Positions 36,295 to 45,906 of a stretch of 64,000 nt of DNA are shown one piece after another. The stretch spans positions 288,001 through 352,000 of the forward strand of contig JAKFCY010000002.1 of NCBI GenBank assembly GCA_036676395.1, in the 5' to 3' direction. A program made the translations under genes and the position numbers. The DNA comes from Bdellovibrio sp. (lineage in GTDB: Bacteria; Bdellovibrionota; Bdellovibrionia; Bdellovibrionales; Bdellovibrionaceae). The notes below the pieces were generated by a model. That model searched no databases. It was not told the origin of the DNA and saw only the letters and a program-made list of their open reading frames with translations. Every line of letters begins with the position of its first letter. The stretch's first letter is position 1.

Positions 36295-38430
36295 ATGAGG
36301 GAATGCATGAGCAAACTAGTTTTACTTATCAGTTTGATGATGAGCTTTATTGCCATTAAAGCTAATGCTTTATCAGGTGAGGATCAAATTAAAGCTGATT
36401 GTTATAAAAAAACAGGAAGCTACGGTGGATCTAATCCGAAGTCTCCGTACCAGTTATGTTTGCGTGCAAACGGTATTCTTAAAGTTGAAAGAAACGTCAG
36501 CGGCAGCGATGATAAATCGAAAGCAGATGCGCGTATCTGTAATGCCAGTAATCCACTTTGTAGTAAATGTATCGGTCTTTATGGTTCTGGTGATGCGAAA
36601 AGTGCCAGAACAAAAATTACAGAATGCGTTCAACGCGAAGAAAATAAACGAGCTTCAGCTGCAAAGCCAAAACCAAAAGAGCCAACCATTAATGGCGGAC
36701 GACTACAAGAAGTCACAGTTACAGCGCGGGCTCCGTGTTCAAAAACAAATCCACGTAATTGCACAACGATGACGGCATGTGAAACAAACAATGGCGTATG
36801 GAGCGACCAAGCTCAAGCCTGTGCCGCGACGCCATGCCCGACAGGAACTACGCCTGATCCTCGCGATTCAAAATATTGTGTTTGTGATAGCGAAATGACC
36901 CCGTATTCAATTGAACGTGGTTCAGCACAGCAATGTCCGGCCATGTGTAAATCCGAAGATCATAAAGAGTATAATATCGTTGTTCGCGGTTGTATTTGCG
37001 CGTCCGGTTTCGAAGACCGCACCGGGGCAGGCACATGCGTAAGTAAAGTAGCCGCTCCTGCGTCGCAAGTGGCAGCTTGTATCCAAGAGTTACAAGATAA
37101 AATTACTGCCTGTAATACGGCCTCTACAGCGGCGGTCGAAAAATGTGATCCAAAACGTGAATCACGTGAGGGAGATTCTCTTGATGCTCTTCAAGGTTTA
37201 TTCCAGGGTGCTGCCGTGGCCGGTGGTGCTGCCGGAAACTGTGGGCAGGCTGCCATTGCCGGTTCTACGGGTTATTATGCTATCGAAGAATTGCGCGGAG
37301 GCTGTGATAATGAAATTAGCGCCTGCAAAACAAGCTGCGGTGATGCTACGGCGTACATCAATGCAAATAAAGACCGTGTTTACCAAAAATGTCGTGCAAA
37401 AGCTTGGGATGATCATCAATGTTTAGCTCCTTCAGCTACGACTTATCGATCGTTTACTGAGGATGCATTCAATGTAGAATGGGACGGAGTAAATAGAGCT
37501 CCGTTCGAACAGCAAATTCAAGCCATGCAAACTAGTGTTACAGATTATAATTCAAGATGCGAAGCTGGCGGAACAGCTGACAGTAACCGTGATAAGATGA
37601 CGGGTTTCATGGATGACATGAATTCAGCGTACAAAAGTGCAAAGCAGTGTGAATGTCAGTTAGGTTCTGGCGCTAATTGTGATAGCCAATCGGGCCCGGC
37701 AGAATGTGCAGGAAACCCTTCGCTTCCTGGTTGTGCGCTAGTTGGAGTTAACTGTTTAAGTGCCACAGACAATTCGCCTAAGTGTGTTTGTTTTAAAAAT
37801 CCGAACAGTGATGAATGTAAAAACATTCAACAAACTAATAATAACTTAAAAGTAAACTCTACTGATGTAAGTGCATTTGCTGGCGTCGGCAGTGGCGTTG
37901 GTGGATCTGCTTCTGGTGGTGGCGATGTTGCTGGAAAAACCGATTCAGGTAATGTGAATGTTGGTGATTTAAGTGGTGTGGGTGCAGATGATGAAGCTAT
38001 CGGCGCTAATGCCTCAGGTACTACAACTGTCGATGCAGGATCACCTTTTGGTGCGGCTGCAGGTGGCGGTAGTGGTGCTGGCGGCAGTTCAGGTGGCGGC
38101 GCAAATGGTGCAACAGCTGCTGAAGCAGACGGTGAAGAGGAAAGCACAGGTAAAAAACTCGGTGGCCTTTTTAATGTGGCAAAGTCTGCATTAGGAAATT
38201 TATTTAAAAAAGGCAAAGACGATAAAGGCACTTATGATCCTGTGACTGGAAAATATATTAATGAAAATGGTTTAGATTCTAAAAAATGGCGTCCTCGTGG
38301 CATGGTGCGCGGGCTAGCTGGTGATACAGAAATCGCCGGCAAGTTCGAAGACATCTGGAAAGTCATGAACCGACAATACAAAATCCAAGATCAGAAAGAC
38401 ACGTTTCTTTTTGGTGGGGAGAAGAAGTAA
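36295..38430 (+). CDS. Secreted Cys-rich protein with Gly-rich linker and conserved tail (paralog 2; alternative start 36307)
   Basis: Signal peptide ANA-L; Cys core alignable with paralog 1; tail WRPRGMVRGLAG...EDIWKVMNRQY. Confidence 0.85.
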   Translation: MRECMSKLVLLISLMMSFIAIKANALSGEDQIKADCYKKTGSYGGSNPKSPYQLCLRANGILKVERNVSGSDDKSKADARICNASNPLCSKCIGLYGSGDAKSARTKITECVQREENKRASAAKPKPKEPTINGGRLQEVTVTARAPCSKTNPRNCTTMTACETNNGVWSDQAQACAATPCPTGTTPDPRDSKYCVCDSEMTPYSIERGSAQQCPAMCKSEDHKEYNIVVRGCICASGFEDRTGAGTCVSKVAAPASQVAACIQELQDKITACNTASTAAVEKCDPKRESREGDSLDALQGLFQGAAVAGGAAGNCGQAAIAGSTGYYAIEELRGGCDNEISACKTSCGDATAYINANKDRVYQKCRAKAWDDHQCLAPSATTYRSFTEDAFNVEWDGVNRAPFEQQIQAMQTSVTDYNSRCEAGGTADSNRDKMTGFMDDMNSAYKSAKQCECQLGSGANCDSQSGPAECAGNPSLPGCALVGVNCLSATDNSPKCVCFKNPNSDECKNIQQTNNNLKVNSTDVSAFAGVGSGVGGSASGGGDVAGKTDSGNVNVGDLSGVGADDEAIGANASGTTTVDAGSPFGAAAGGGSGAGGSSGGGANGATAAEADGEEESTGKKLGGLFNVAKSALGNLFKKGKDDKGTYDPVTGKYINENGLDSKKWRPRGMVRGLAGDTEIAGKFEDIWKVMNRQYKIQDQKDTFLFGGEKK

Positions 38431-38431
38431 T

Positions 38432-40345
38432 ATGAAAAATATCATGATGTACTTATTTATTGTTTTCTCTTTGTTTGGCGTAAGCACAGTATTTGCTGAA
38501 GACTGTGAAACGGCGGGAGAAGTTAAACTTTCGCAGCTGAAGTTTGTCGGTGCAGATCTAAAACCATTACTTCGAAAAAATGGTGCTTGTACTGTCGTTA
38601 AAGCATCGAATGATACTGCAGGGCGAGCTGCCTGTGGAACAAAAAGAGCGGCTCTTAATCCTGGAAATCCTCAGTACACGGGCACAGAAAAGCATGGTAG
38701 CCAGACGAATAATAACTTAGGTTATTACTTCTGTGTGGGCATGAACAAACGAGCAATGTGTAACGATCGTATCAGTGAGCTTGGCAGCACAATGGATATT
38801 GTTTGGAAGCAAACCGGTAGCAACGAGCGTAATGATGGTGATTGTCTTTGTGGAAAAAAAGGCGATGGGTCGACAAAGATGATGGCATGCCCAGTAACCA
38901 AAGCGCAGGTTGATGCCTTTAAAGACGGAAAAACAACAGGCTGTTCTGTTCAGGGCTCTGAAGATGATGGTGATGGAAATTGCCGCTGTCTCGCCGGCGA
39001 GAAAAAAGGAACGGTTGTTCAAGCGGGTGGAACTTGTCCAAAAGATCCTACGCCGCCGGTGGCAACAACAACAGTAAGTCCTGATGACTTTGACGATTGT
39101 TTGGCTGAAGTGAAAGCTGCAAAAGATGGTTGTTCTGAAGATGGAAAAAAAGCTATTGCTAGTTGCAGTAAAGAAGCGCCTGAGGTTAATAAAAATATTT
39201 CTGAAGCCCAGCGGGTGTTGTCGATCGGATTAGACGCCGTTATTGCAAAAAATGCCGGAACTGGTGCTTTAGCCAGTTGTGCAAAAATGGGTGCTGCGGG
39301 AACTTCAGTTATTGAAGCCTTAAGTTTGCTGCGTGAAAGTTGCAAAAAAGAATTAAATAATTGTAAAAAAAGTTGCGAGCAAGCCGGTGTTTTTGGAAAA
39401 AAAACAGAAGAAGAATATATTGCTGAATGTAAAGCTGTGTTTTTAAGTAAAGAAAAAGAATGGACTGAAGAACATGAAAAAGCTTTTAAGCCAATGGTTG
39501 CAGAGTATACAAAATTAGCTGATAACTCAGAAAAATTTTGTAAAGGTGATGTGCAAAAATCTGATAATCAGCTAGATGGTTTTTTGCAAGAATTAGCCAT
39601 GAGCGTACAAAAAGCTGATATCTGCAAATGTCAGCTAACAACATCAAGTGCAGGTAATGAAAATTGTGATAATGTGGCAGGTCCATTAACATGTATTCAA
39701 AATGTGAATCAACCAGGCTGTTCATTTAGTTCTGTAGGTTGTAGTCCAGGTTCAACGCTTCCGGGCTGTCGTAATCCAGTCAATATGACAAATCCAAATG
39801 GTTCAGGCATCGCGATGCCTGCTTCTGGCTTTGCAGGGCCTGGGTTTGCGTCAACAGGCGGCGGTAGCGGAAATTCTGGCAAAGTCGGATTAGGTAATGA
39901 TGATTTTGATTTCTCTGATGAGACTCGTCCCTCAGGTTCAGGCACAGCCACGGCTGATGCAGGTTCGCCATTCGGCACTGCGGCTGGCGGTGGCAGTGGC
40001 GGCGCAGCAGGCGGTGGCGGCGGAGGCGGCGGCACTGGTGATGGCGGCGGCGCGGGCGGCGAAGAAAAAGAAAAAAGCGGCCTTTCTGGATTTTTTCAAA
40101 ATGCAAAAGGTGGTATCGCAAGTTTATTTGGTGGTGGGGCTGATAACAAAAACGCAGCTGCGAAAAAACCAAATAACAAAGCTTATAAGAATGATGTTAA
40201 CGGATTCAGGCCAAAAGCCGGAGTGCGCGGCATGGCTGGATCGAATGAATTTGGCAGTAAAAACCGTGACATTTGGAAGACTATGAACGAACGTTATAAT
40301 GATCAATATCACACATTTATAACGGTGGAGAATCCACAAAAGTAA
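38432..40345 (+). CDS. Secreted Cys-rich protein with poly-Gly linker and conserved tail (paralog 3)
   Basis: ATG 1 bp after the upstream stop; signal peptide VFA-E; DAGSPFG.AAGGGSG shared with paralog 2; tail FRPKAGVRGMAG...DIWKTMNERY. Confidence 0.85.
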   Translation: MKNIMMYLFIVFSLFGVSTVFAEDCETAGEVKLSQLKFVGADLKPLLRKNGACTVVKASNDTAGRAACGTKRAALNPGNPQYTGTEKHGSQTNNNLGYYFCVGMNKRAMCNDRISELGSTMDIVWKQTGSNERNDGDCLCGKKGDGSTKMMACPVTKAQVDAFKDGKTTGCSVQGSEDDGDGNCRCLAGEKKGTVVQAGGTCPKDPTPPVATTTVSPDDFDDCLAEVKAAKDGCSEDGKKAIASCSKEAPEVNKNISEAQRVLSIGLDAVIAKNAGTGALASCAKMGAAGTSVIEALSLLRESCKKELNNCKKSCEQAGVFGKKTEEEYIAECKAVFLSKEKEWTEEHEKAFKPMVAEYTKLADNSEKFCKGDVQKSDNQLDGFLQELAMSVQKADICKCQLTTSSAGNENCDNVAGPLTCIQNVNQPGCSFSSVGCSPGSTLPGCRNPVNMTNPNGSGIAMPASGFAGPGFASTGGGSGNSGKVGLGNDDFDFSDETRPSGSGTATADAGSPFGTAAGGGSGGAAGGGGGGGGTGDGGGAGGEEKEKSGLSGFFQNAKGGIASLFGGGADNKNAAAKKPNNKAYKNDVNGFRPKAGVRGMAGSNEFGSKNRDIWKTMNERYNDQYHTFITVENPQK

Positions 40346-40355
40346 GTAGTTTAAT

Positions 40356-40898
40356 ATGTTAAAAAAAATCATCTTGAGTTTGCTGCTAGTTTCAAATTTT
40401 TCTTCATGCGTGACTTACCTTAAAAATGGAAGTCACGTTAACAGTCACGAATCTAAACCCACATTAACTGGGCAATACAAATCCGAAAAACTGAAAATCT
40501 ATTTTGCGAACAACACTGAAGCCGATCTTCAAAACGTTGAGCTTTTTCGCGAGTTGATTCTTAATAAAAACATGTTCACAGAAGTTTTATTAGTTCGCAG
40601 TGAAAAGATTGAAACTTGCGAAGGCCATTGTGTTCTGTTCACTAATAAAAAAAGTGGTCTGTCAGTCGGTGAAAAGCTAAACATGGGAGCAACCTATTTA
40701 ACTTTAGGAATTATTCCATCGCGTTTTACCAATGAATATGTTTTAAAAAACAAATTTGGCCAGGTTGAAGATGTTGAAATCGTTAACTGGGTTTCTGTAT
40801 TTTTATTACTTTATGCGGGTAATGATTCTTTTGAAGAATCTGAAAAAGAACAGCTGGTTAAGTTACAAACGTTGTTAAACCAAGCCGATGCTAATTAG
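40356..40898 (+). CDS. Putative lipoprotein
   Basis: Lipobox-like FSSC; LTLGIIP motif. Confidence 0.7.
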   Translation: MLKKIILSLLLVSNFSSCVTYLKNGSHVNSHESKPTLTGQYKSEKLKIYFANNTEADLQNVELFRELILNKNMFTEVLLVRSEKIETCEGHCVLFTNKKSGLSVGEKLNMGATYLTLGIIPSRFTNEYVLKNKFGQVEDVEIVNWVSVFLLLYAGNDSFEESEKEQLVKLQTLLNQADAN

Positions 40899-42096
40899 CA
40901 TTGATTAAGCTGTGTAAGGCCTGAATCGTTTGGTCTTTGTGATTTTGCTCAACGACATAATTTAAACTCATTGCTGACTGGATGAAATAAGCCGGTTGAA
41001 TATTGATTTCTGATAATTTCTTTGTCACAGCCACTAGAGTGTCATTTAAAGTTGAACCCGTGCAAGTTAAGCTCACTGAACATAGCTTATTGTTCACCAC
41101 CTGCAGTTGCGGGTGCTTAGTAAAGTCCATCGCTTCAATGGCTGATAAAATTTCTGGCGGGGCTGTTAGCAGCACGTGCGTTTTTTTATTTTGCACAAAC
41201 CCGTTTAAAATTTGCGGAACAGCAATATTTGATTTTTGAAAAGCTTGAAACAAAATATCAAAAGCTTGCGCCGGCGTATCTGTTTGGATAGATATTTCTA
41301 AAATTTTAGAGTGAGAATTAACGGCTAATGGTTTTGATGATTCAAACATGATATCCCCTTGAATAATAGTGCCTTCGCTGCCTTGGCCCTGTTGGTGATT
41401 ATGAGCCGGGCCGACATAGAGCTTAACGTTTTTAACCTTGGCTAATTCAACTGAGCGGTAATGCAGAACCTTAGCACCCCAGTAAGTCATTTCTAATAAA
41501 TGGTCATAATTTAATTGGGTAATTTGTTTTGCTTGCGGAACAAGTTTTGGATCAGCGGTAAAAATACTGCTGACATCTTTTAAAATTTCACAGCGATCAG
41601 CATTTAAAAATGCCGCCATCGCGACCGCTGAAGTGTCAGAGCCGCCACGCCCTAAGGTAGTGATCTCTTTAGTTACAGGTGAAACCCCTTGAAAACCCGC
41701 TAAAATCACAATTTTATTTTTTTCTAAAGCTTCTTGCACGCGGTGAGCTTTAACATCTTTAATCATCGCACCTAAGTGTGATTCATCGGTTAGAATTCCG
41801 GCTTGGCTTCCGGTAAAGCTAATCGCTTCATGACCTAAATCATTTAGCGCAATACTTACTAACGACATGCTGATGCGCTCGCCAACTGATAATAGCATGT
41901 CTAATTCACGTAGATTTGGCGAACGGCTTACATTCTGAGCCAGATCAATCAGCTGGTTGGTGGTTTGTCCCATAGCTGAAACAACGGCAACGATTTGGAT
42001 ATTTTTCTTTTTTAATTCAGAAATACGGTGGGCTGCAGATTTTATTTTCTCGGGATCAGCTAGGGTGGCGCCGCCATATTTTTGTACGATTAACAT
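40891..42096 (-). CDS. lysC: Aspartate kinase
   Basis: IVQKYGG, VVSAMG.TT, TTLGRGGSDTSAV, TADP and GAKVLH motifs; degenerate ACT domains. Confidence 0.94.
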   Translation of the reverse strand: MLIVQKYGGATLADPEKIKSAAHRISELKKKNIQIVAVVSAMGQTTNQLIDLAQNVSRSPNLRELDMLLSVGERISMSLVSIALNDLGHEAISFTGSQAGILTDESHLGAMIKDVKAHRVQEALEKNKIVILAGFQGVSPVTKEITTLGRGGSDTSAVAMAAFLNADRCEILKDVSSIFTADPKLVPQAKQITQLNYDHLLEMTYWGAKVLHYRSVELAKVKNVKLYVGPAHNHQQGQGSEGTIIQGDIMFESSKPLAVNSHSKILEISIQTDTPAQAFDILFQAFQKSNIAVPQILNGFVQNKKTHVLLTAPPEILSAIEAMDFTKHPQLQVVNNKLCSVSLTCTGSTLNDTLVAVTKKLSEINIQPAYFIQSAMSLNYVVEQNHKDQTIQALHSLINAN

Positions 42097-42100
42097 TCTA

Positions 42101-43075
42101 TTAATCTAACGCAAATTTTTTGGTTTGATCACGAAAAAACTGTTGTGCCACGGTGAGTGAACCCACCGGCACCCGAATCCAATGCTGTTTCGATGTTTTT
42201 GGAATATAACCTAACACTAATTCAGCATTTAAATCTTTTAATGATTTACGAGTAACACTTAAATAATCGGCTAAAAGTTCAATATCAGTTCCGGCCGGTG
42301 CTTTAACAAACTCATAACTTAACGGAAATTCCGGATCTAAATTACGAAAGCCGTATAAGTTTGGGGCCTTCGCGATCATAAGGGCTGCTAAAATTTTTGG
42401 AACATAATCTTGGGTTTCCTGAGGTAGGGCCCCAAGGCGAACAAGCTCCCAGTAATCTTTGGTGCCGTATTTTTTTATTCTACTGCGCAAGCCGCCTTCA
42501 CCCATGTTGTAGCTTGCGGCCACTAAATACCATGAACCAAATTCAGCATATAAATCCTGCATGTAACGAATCGCTGCTTTTGTACTTTTTTGTAAATCAC
42601 GGCGTTCATCGATCCAGTATTGTTGCGATAAACCATATTGTTTTCCGGTTGAAGGAATAAACTGCCAAGGGCCGACCGCGCTGGCGGTGCTTACAGCCGT
42701 TGCTGAAAATCCACTTTCAATCATCACCATGTAACCTAAATCACCAGGTAATCCTGATTTTTTAAGTTCGGCTTGGATAAACGGCATGTATTTCGAAGAT
42801 TTTTCTAACCAATTACGAAAAAAGTTTTTTCCGCGTGTTTGATAGAAAGAAATCCAATAGCTTACTTTGTGATTGTAGGTCACTGGCAGGTCGAAAATAA
42901 AATGCTCGGTTTTGCCATTTTGCTTTTTCTCTAAGATTTTTAATTTATCTTTCAGAGACAAAGTTTTTAATTTTTTATCTAACGGCTTCGTTGCGACAGC
43001 AGCATAGGCAGTAGGTAAGCCCACAGCCAGATTTAAAATAACGATTGCAACGAATAGATTTCTTAAAAGCATCAT
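42101..43075 (-). CDS. MltD-like lytic transglycosylase (SLT domain)
   Basis: MIESGF, AVGPWQFIPSTG, DERRD, ASYNMGEG and ETQDYVPK motifs. Confidence 0.9.
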   Translation of the reverse strand: MMLLRNLFVAIVILNLAVGLPTAYAAVATKPLDKKLKTLSLKDKLKILEKKQNGKTEHFIFDLPVTYNHKVSYWISFYQTRGKNFFRNWLEKSSKYMPFIQAELKKSGLPGDLGYMVMIESGFSATAVSTASAVGPWQFIPSTGKQYGLSQQYWIDERRDLQKSTKAAIRYMQDLYAEFGSWYLVAASYNMGEGGLRSRIKKYGTKDYWELVRLGALPQETQDYVPKILAALMIAKAPNLYGFRNLDPEFPLSYEFVKAPAGTDIELLADYLSVTRKSLKDLNAELVLGYIPKTSKQHWIRVPVGSLTVAQQFFRDQTKKFALD

Positions 43076-43272
43076 TTAATTATCTAGTGAACGAGCGAAA
43101 AGGTCGAGAGAGCATTTTTGACAGTCGAGGACAGTGGGGCTGACAAATTAATGACATCCTTTTCCTAGACTGGTTTTTCGTCGAGTCGAAGAACTTAGCT
43201 GTAATGTCATTGTAATGGCGCTGATAAAAGATTTTTTCGAAAGCCTAGACAAAAATATGAACAGTACCTTTT

Positions 43273-43288
43273 TGGCATTGGCGTTGCT
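43273..43288 (+). promoter_or_regulatory. sigma54 promoter of the flgF operon
   Basis: TGGCAT-TGGCG-TTGCT matches the -24/-12 consensus with GG-N10-GC spacing. Confidence 0.75.
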
Positions 43289-43345
43289 CTTTCTATTAAG
43301 ATGAGAATCCCTGTTAGCCGCAACTGGACTGAAGGAGCATAACAA

Positions 43346-44185
43346 ATGAGTTTAAAAGGTGTTTATACAGCCCTAAGTGGGGCCATTGCCCAGACTCTAA
43401 AAATGGATACGATCGCCAATAATATTGCGAACGTGAACACGACTGGCTTTAAAAAAGACCAGCAAACGTTTAGTGAATATTTGACGGCGATGGAAAAAGA
43501 ACAAGATGTCATGAAAGTTCCAAGAATGCCGGCGTCGATTGAAAGTTTTTATGAATTAAATGGCGGCGACAAAGCATTTGTTGATGCAGCCGGTACTTAC
43601 ACTAATTTTGAACAAGGCAGTTTAAAATCAACTGGCGGAAAACTAGACGTGGCTATTGAAGGCGCAGGTTTTTTCGAAGTTGGAACTCCAAACGGCGTAA
43701 AGTTAACTCGTGCTGGTAATTTCACAGTTGATGGCAATGGCCAATTAGTTACCAAAGATGGTTATCCTGTCTTAATGGAACCTGCTGAAGGTGCAGATGG
43801 TTTAGTTGCAGGTGAAAATTTTGAATCTCGCACAGTTCGTATCAGCGGTACAGCTGCCATTAATATTTCAGATGGTGGTGAAGTTTTCGAAGGCGAAACA
43901 AAAATTGGTAAACTTTCTGTAGTTAATGCTGCCAACACCGATGCTTTACAAAAAATCGGCAATAGCTATTACACGTTAAAAGAAAATATGAACGCCGAGA
44001 TCTCTTCGATAAAGGCTCCAAGCCTTAAACAAGGCTTTTTAGAGACAAGTAACGTCAATATCATCAATGAAATGACAGATATGATTATGGCTCAGCGGGT
44101 ATTTGAAGGTACACAAAAAGCGATCAGTGCCTATGACAACATGAGCGATAAACTAATTAATCAAGTCGGAAATACAAAAGGGTAG
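43346..44185 (+). CDS. flgF: Flagellar basal-body rod protein FlgF
   Basis: IANNIANVNTTGFK, LDVAIEG.GFF, TRAGNF and LETSNV motifs; first gene before flgG. Confidence 0.88.
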   Translation: MSLKGVYTALSGAIAQTLKMDTIANNIANVNTTGFKKDQQTFSEYLTAMEKEQDVMKVPRMPASIESFYELNGGDKAFVDAAGTYTNFEQGSLKSTGGKLDVAIEGAGFFEVGTPNGVKLTRAGNFTVDGNGQLVTKDGYPVLMEPAEGADGLVAGENFESRTVRISGTAAINISDGGEVFEGETKIGKLSVVNAANTDALQKIGNSYYTLKENMNAEISSIKAPSLKQGFLETSNVNIINEMTDMIMAQRVFEGTQKAISAYDNMSDKLINQVGNTKG

Positions 44186-44193
44186 GATAATAT

Positions 44194-44979
44194 ATGTTTA
44201 AAAGTTTAAATACAGCAGCCACAGGAATGATCGCCCAACAAAGTAATATCGATGTTGTTGCAAATAATATTGCCAACGTTAATACCGCAGGATTTAAAAA
44301 ATCGCGCGCCGAATTTGAAGACCTTATATATAGTAACCAAAAAGATCCAGGCCAAGCGTCAGGATTAAATTCAATTACTCCAACAGGAGTACAAACTGGC
44401 CTAGGGGTGCGTACTGCTTCTATTCAAAAAGATTTTGGAACAGGCCAAACTCAGGTCACGTCTAATCCATTAGATTTTCAAATCGAAGGAAATGGTTTTT
44501 TTCAAGTACGCACGCCAGATGGCGAAATTGCTTACACACGTGATGGCGCCTTTAAAAAAGATGCAACTGGTAAAATCGTTGATAAAAATGGTAACACATT
44601 GATTCCTGAATTAGTAATTCCAGAGACAGCAATGGTTATTGAAGCAACTCCGACAGGAGAAATTCGCGTGATTCATCATGCAGGTGCAGAGCCTGAAGTG
44701 ATCGGCCAGATGGAGTTAGCTAATTTTATTAATCCAGCCGGTTTAAAAAGCATGGGTAAAAATTTATTTATGCCGACTGCGGCCAGCGGCCAACCAGCAT
44801 CAAATCGCCCGGGCACACAAGGTGTGGGCTTTTTAGCGCAAAACCAATTAGAAACAAGTAACGTAAATATTGTTGATGAAATGATTAATATGATCACCGC
44901 ACAACGTGCTTATGAAACAAATTCAAAAGTCGTGCAAACGTCTGATCAAATGCTTCAAACAGCAGTGAATGTTAAATAA
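44194..44979 (+). CDS. flgG: Flagellar distal rod protein FlgG
   Basis: NNIANVNTAGFKKSRAEFEDL, YTRDGAF and AQRAYETNSK motifs. Confidence 0.96.
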   Translation: MFKSLNTAATGMIAQQSNIDVVANNIANVNTAGFKKSRAEFEDLIYSNQKDPGQASGLNSITPTGVQTGLGVRTASIQKDFGTGQTQVTSNPLDFQIEGNGFFQVRTPDGEIAYTRDGAFKKDATGKIVDKNGNTLIPELVIPETAMVIEATPTGEIRVIHHAGAEPEVIGQMELANFINPAGLKSMGKNLFMPTAASGQPASNRPGTQGVGFLAQNQLETSNVNIVDEMINMITAQRAYETNSKVVQTSDQMLQTAVNVK

Positions 44980-45869
44980 TGAAAAAATTAGTTCTACTTT
45001 CTTTACTAATGGTTTCGCAAATAGCATTCGCTAAAAGTGAAATCACTTTATCGTCAGCGATCGAGGTATCACCGCGTGAAGTGATCACAGCTTATGATAT
45101 CGTTGAAAGCCGCAATCTTAATGAATCAGCTTTATCTGATTTAAAAGATATCGAATTAGGTAACGCACAAACTAAAACAATCACTAAACTTGAGATCATT
45201 AAAAAATTTCGTGGTTTAGAAGCTAATTTTAGATTGCCTGCTGAAGTTAAAATTTTACGTTCAAAATCAAACGTGTCACGTTTAGAGATCGAACGCAAAA
45301 TCATGAATCACTTACTGGCAAAATGCGGAACCTGCGAATACCGTATACAAATTAATTCAGTGCCGCAAAATCTATTAACCGACTGGGAATTAGACATGAA
45401 TGTTGATTTTAATAAATCAACGGTGATGATTCCGGCATTTTCTACTTCAACACCAGATAAAAAAGGCTGGGTTGTTGTCGAGTTAAAAAAATATGCTGTT
45501 GTGCCAGTGCTAACTCGCCCGTTAAAAATCGGTGATGTTATTACAGAAGATGCAGTCACAACTGAAATGCGTTTAATGCAAAATTATCAAGACACGATGA
45601 TGGATGTTAAAGCTGTTGTCGGCATGCAAGCAGCACGCTTTTTAACTACGGGGCAAATGTTAGCTTCGCGTGATTTAAAACGCGAACAGATTTTAAAAAA
45701 AGGCCAAATGGTTAAAGCCATTTTTGGTGCAAATGCTTTAGAAATTTCAATCAGTGCGCAGGCCGAAGAAGGTGGCGCAGTGGGTGATGTGATCAAGGTT
45801 AAAAATCTTGATTCACAAAAAATGTTCGCGGCCAAAATTATTGATCGCGGCGTTGTTAAAATTGAGTAG
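44979..45869 (+). CDS. flgA: Flagellar P-ring formation chaperone FlgA
   Basis: Signal peptide, SAF-like domain, GAVGDVIKVKNLDS; position in the operon. Confidence 0.88.
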   Translation: MKKLVLLSLLMVSQIAFAKSEITLSSAIEVSPREVITAYDIVESRNLNESALSDLKDIELGNAQTKTITKLEIIKKFRGLEANFRLPAEVKILRSKSNVSRLEIERKIMNHLLAKCGTCEYRIQINSVPQNLLTDWELDMNVDFNKSTVMIPAFSTSTPDKKGWVVVELKKYAVVPVLTRPLKIGDVITEDAVTTEMRLMQNYQDTMMDVKAVVGMQAARFLTTGQMLASRDLKREQILKKGQMVKAIFGANALEISISAQAEEGGAVGDVIKVKNLDSQKMFAAKIIDRGVVKIE

Positions 45870-45906
45870 TACTTAGTTAATAGTTTTAGTTAGGGAGATT
45901 TCACGG

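Noticed and set aside
37827..40286. Pro/Arg-rich antisense and alternate-frame ORFs
   Set aside because: They are shadows of the Gly-rich GGC/GGT linkers of the real genes; the same applies to most short overlapping ORFs in the track.
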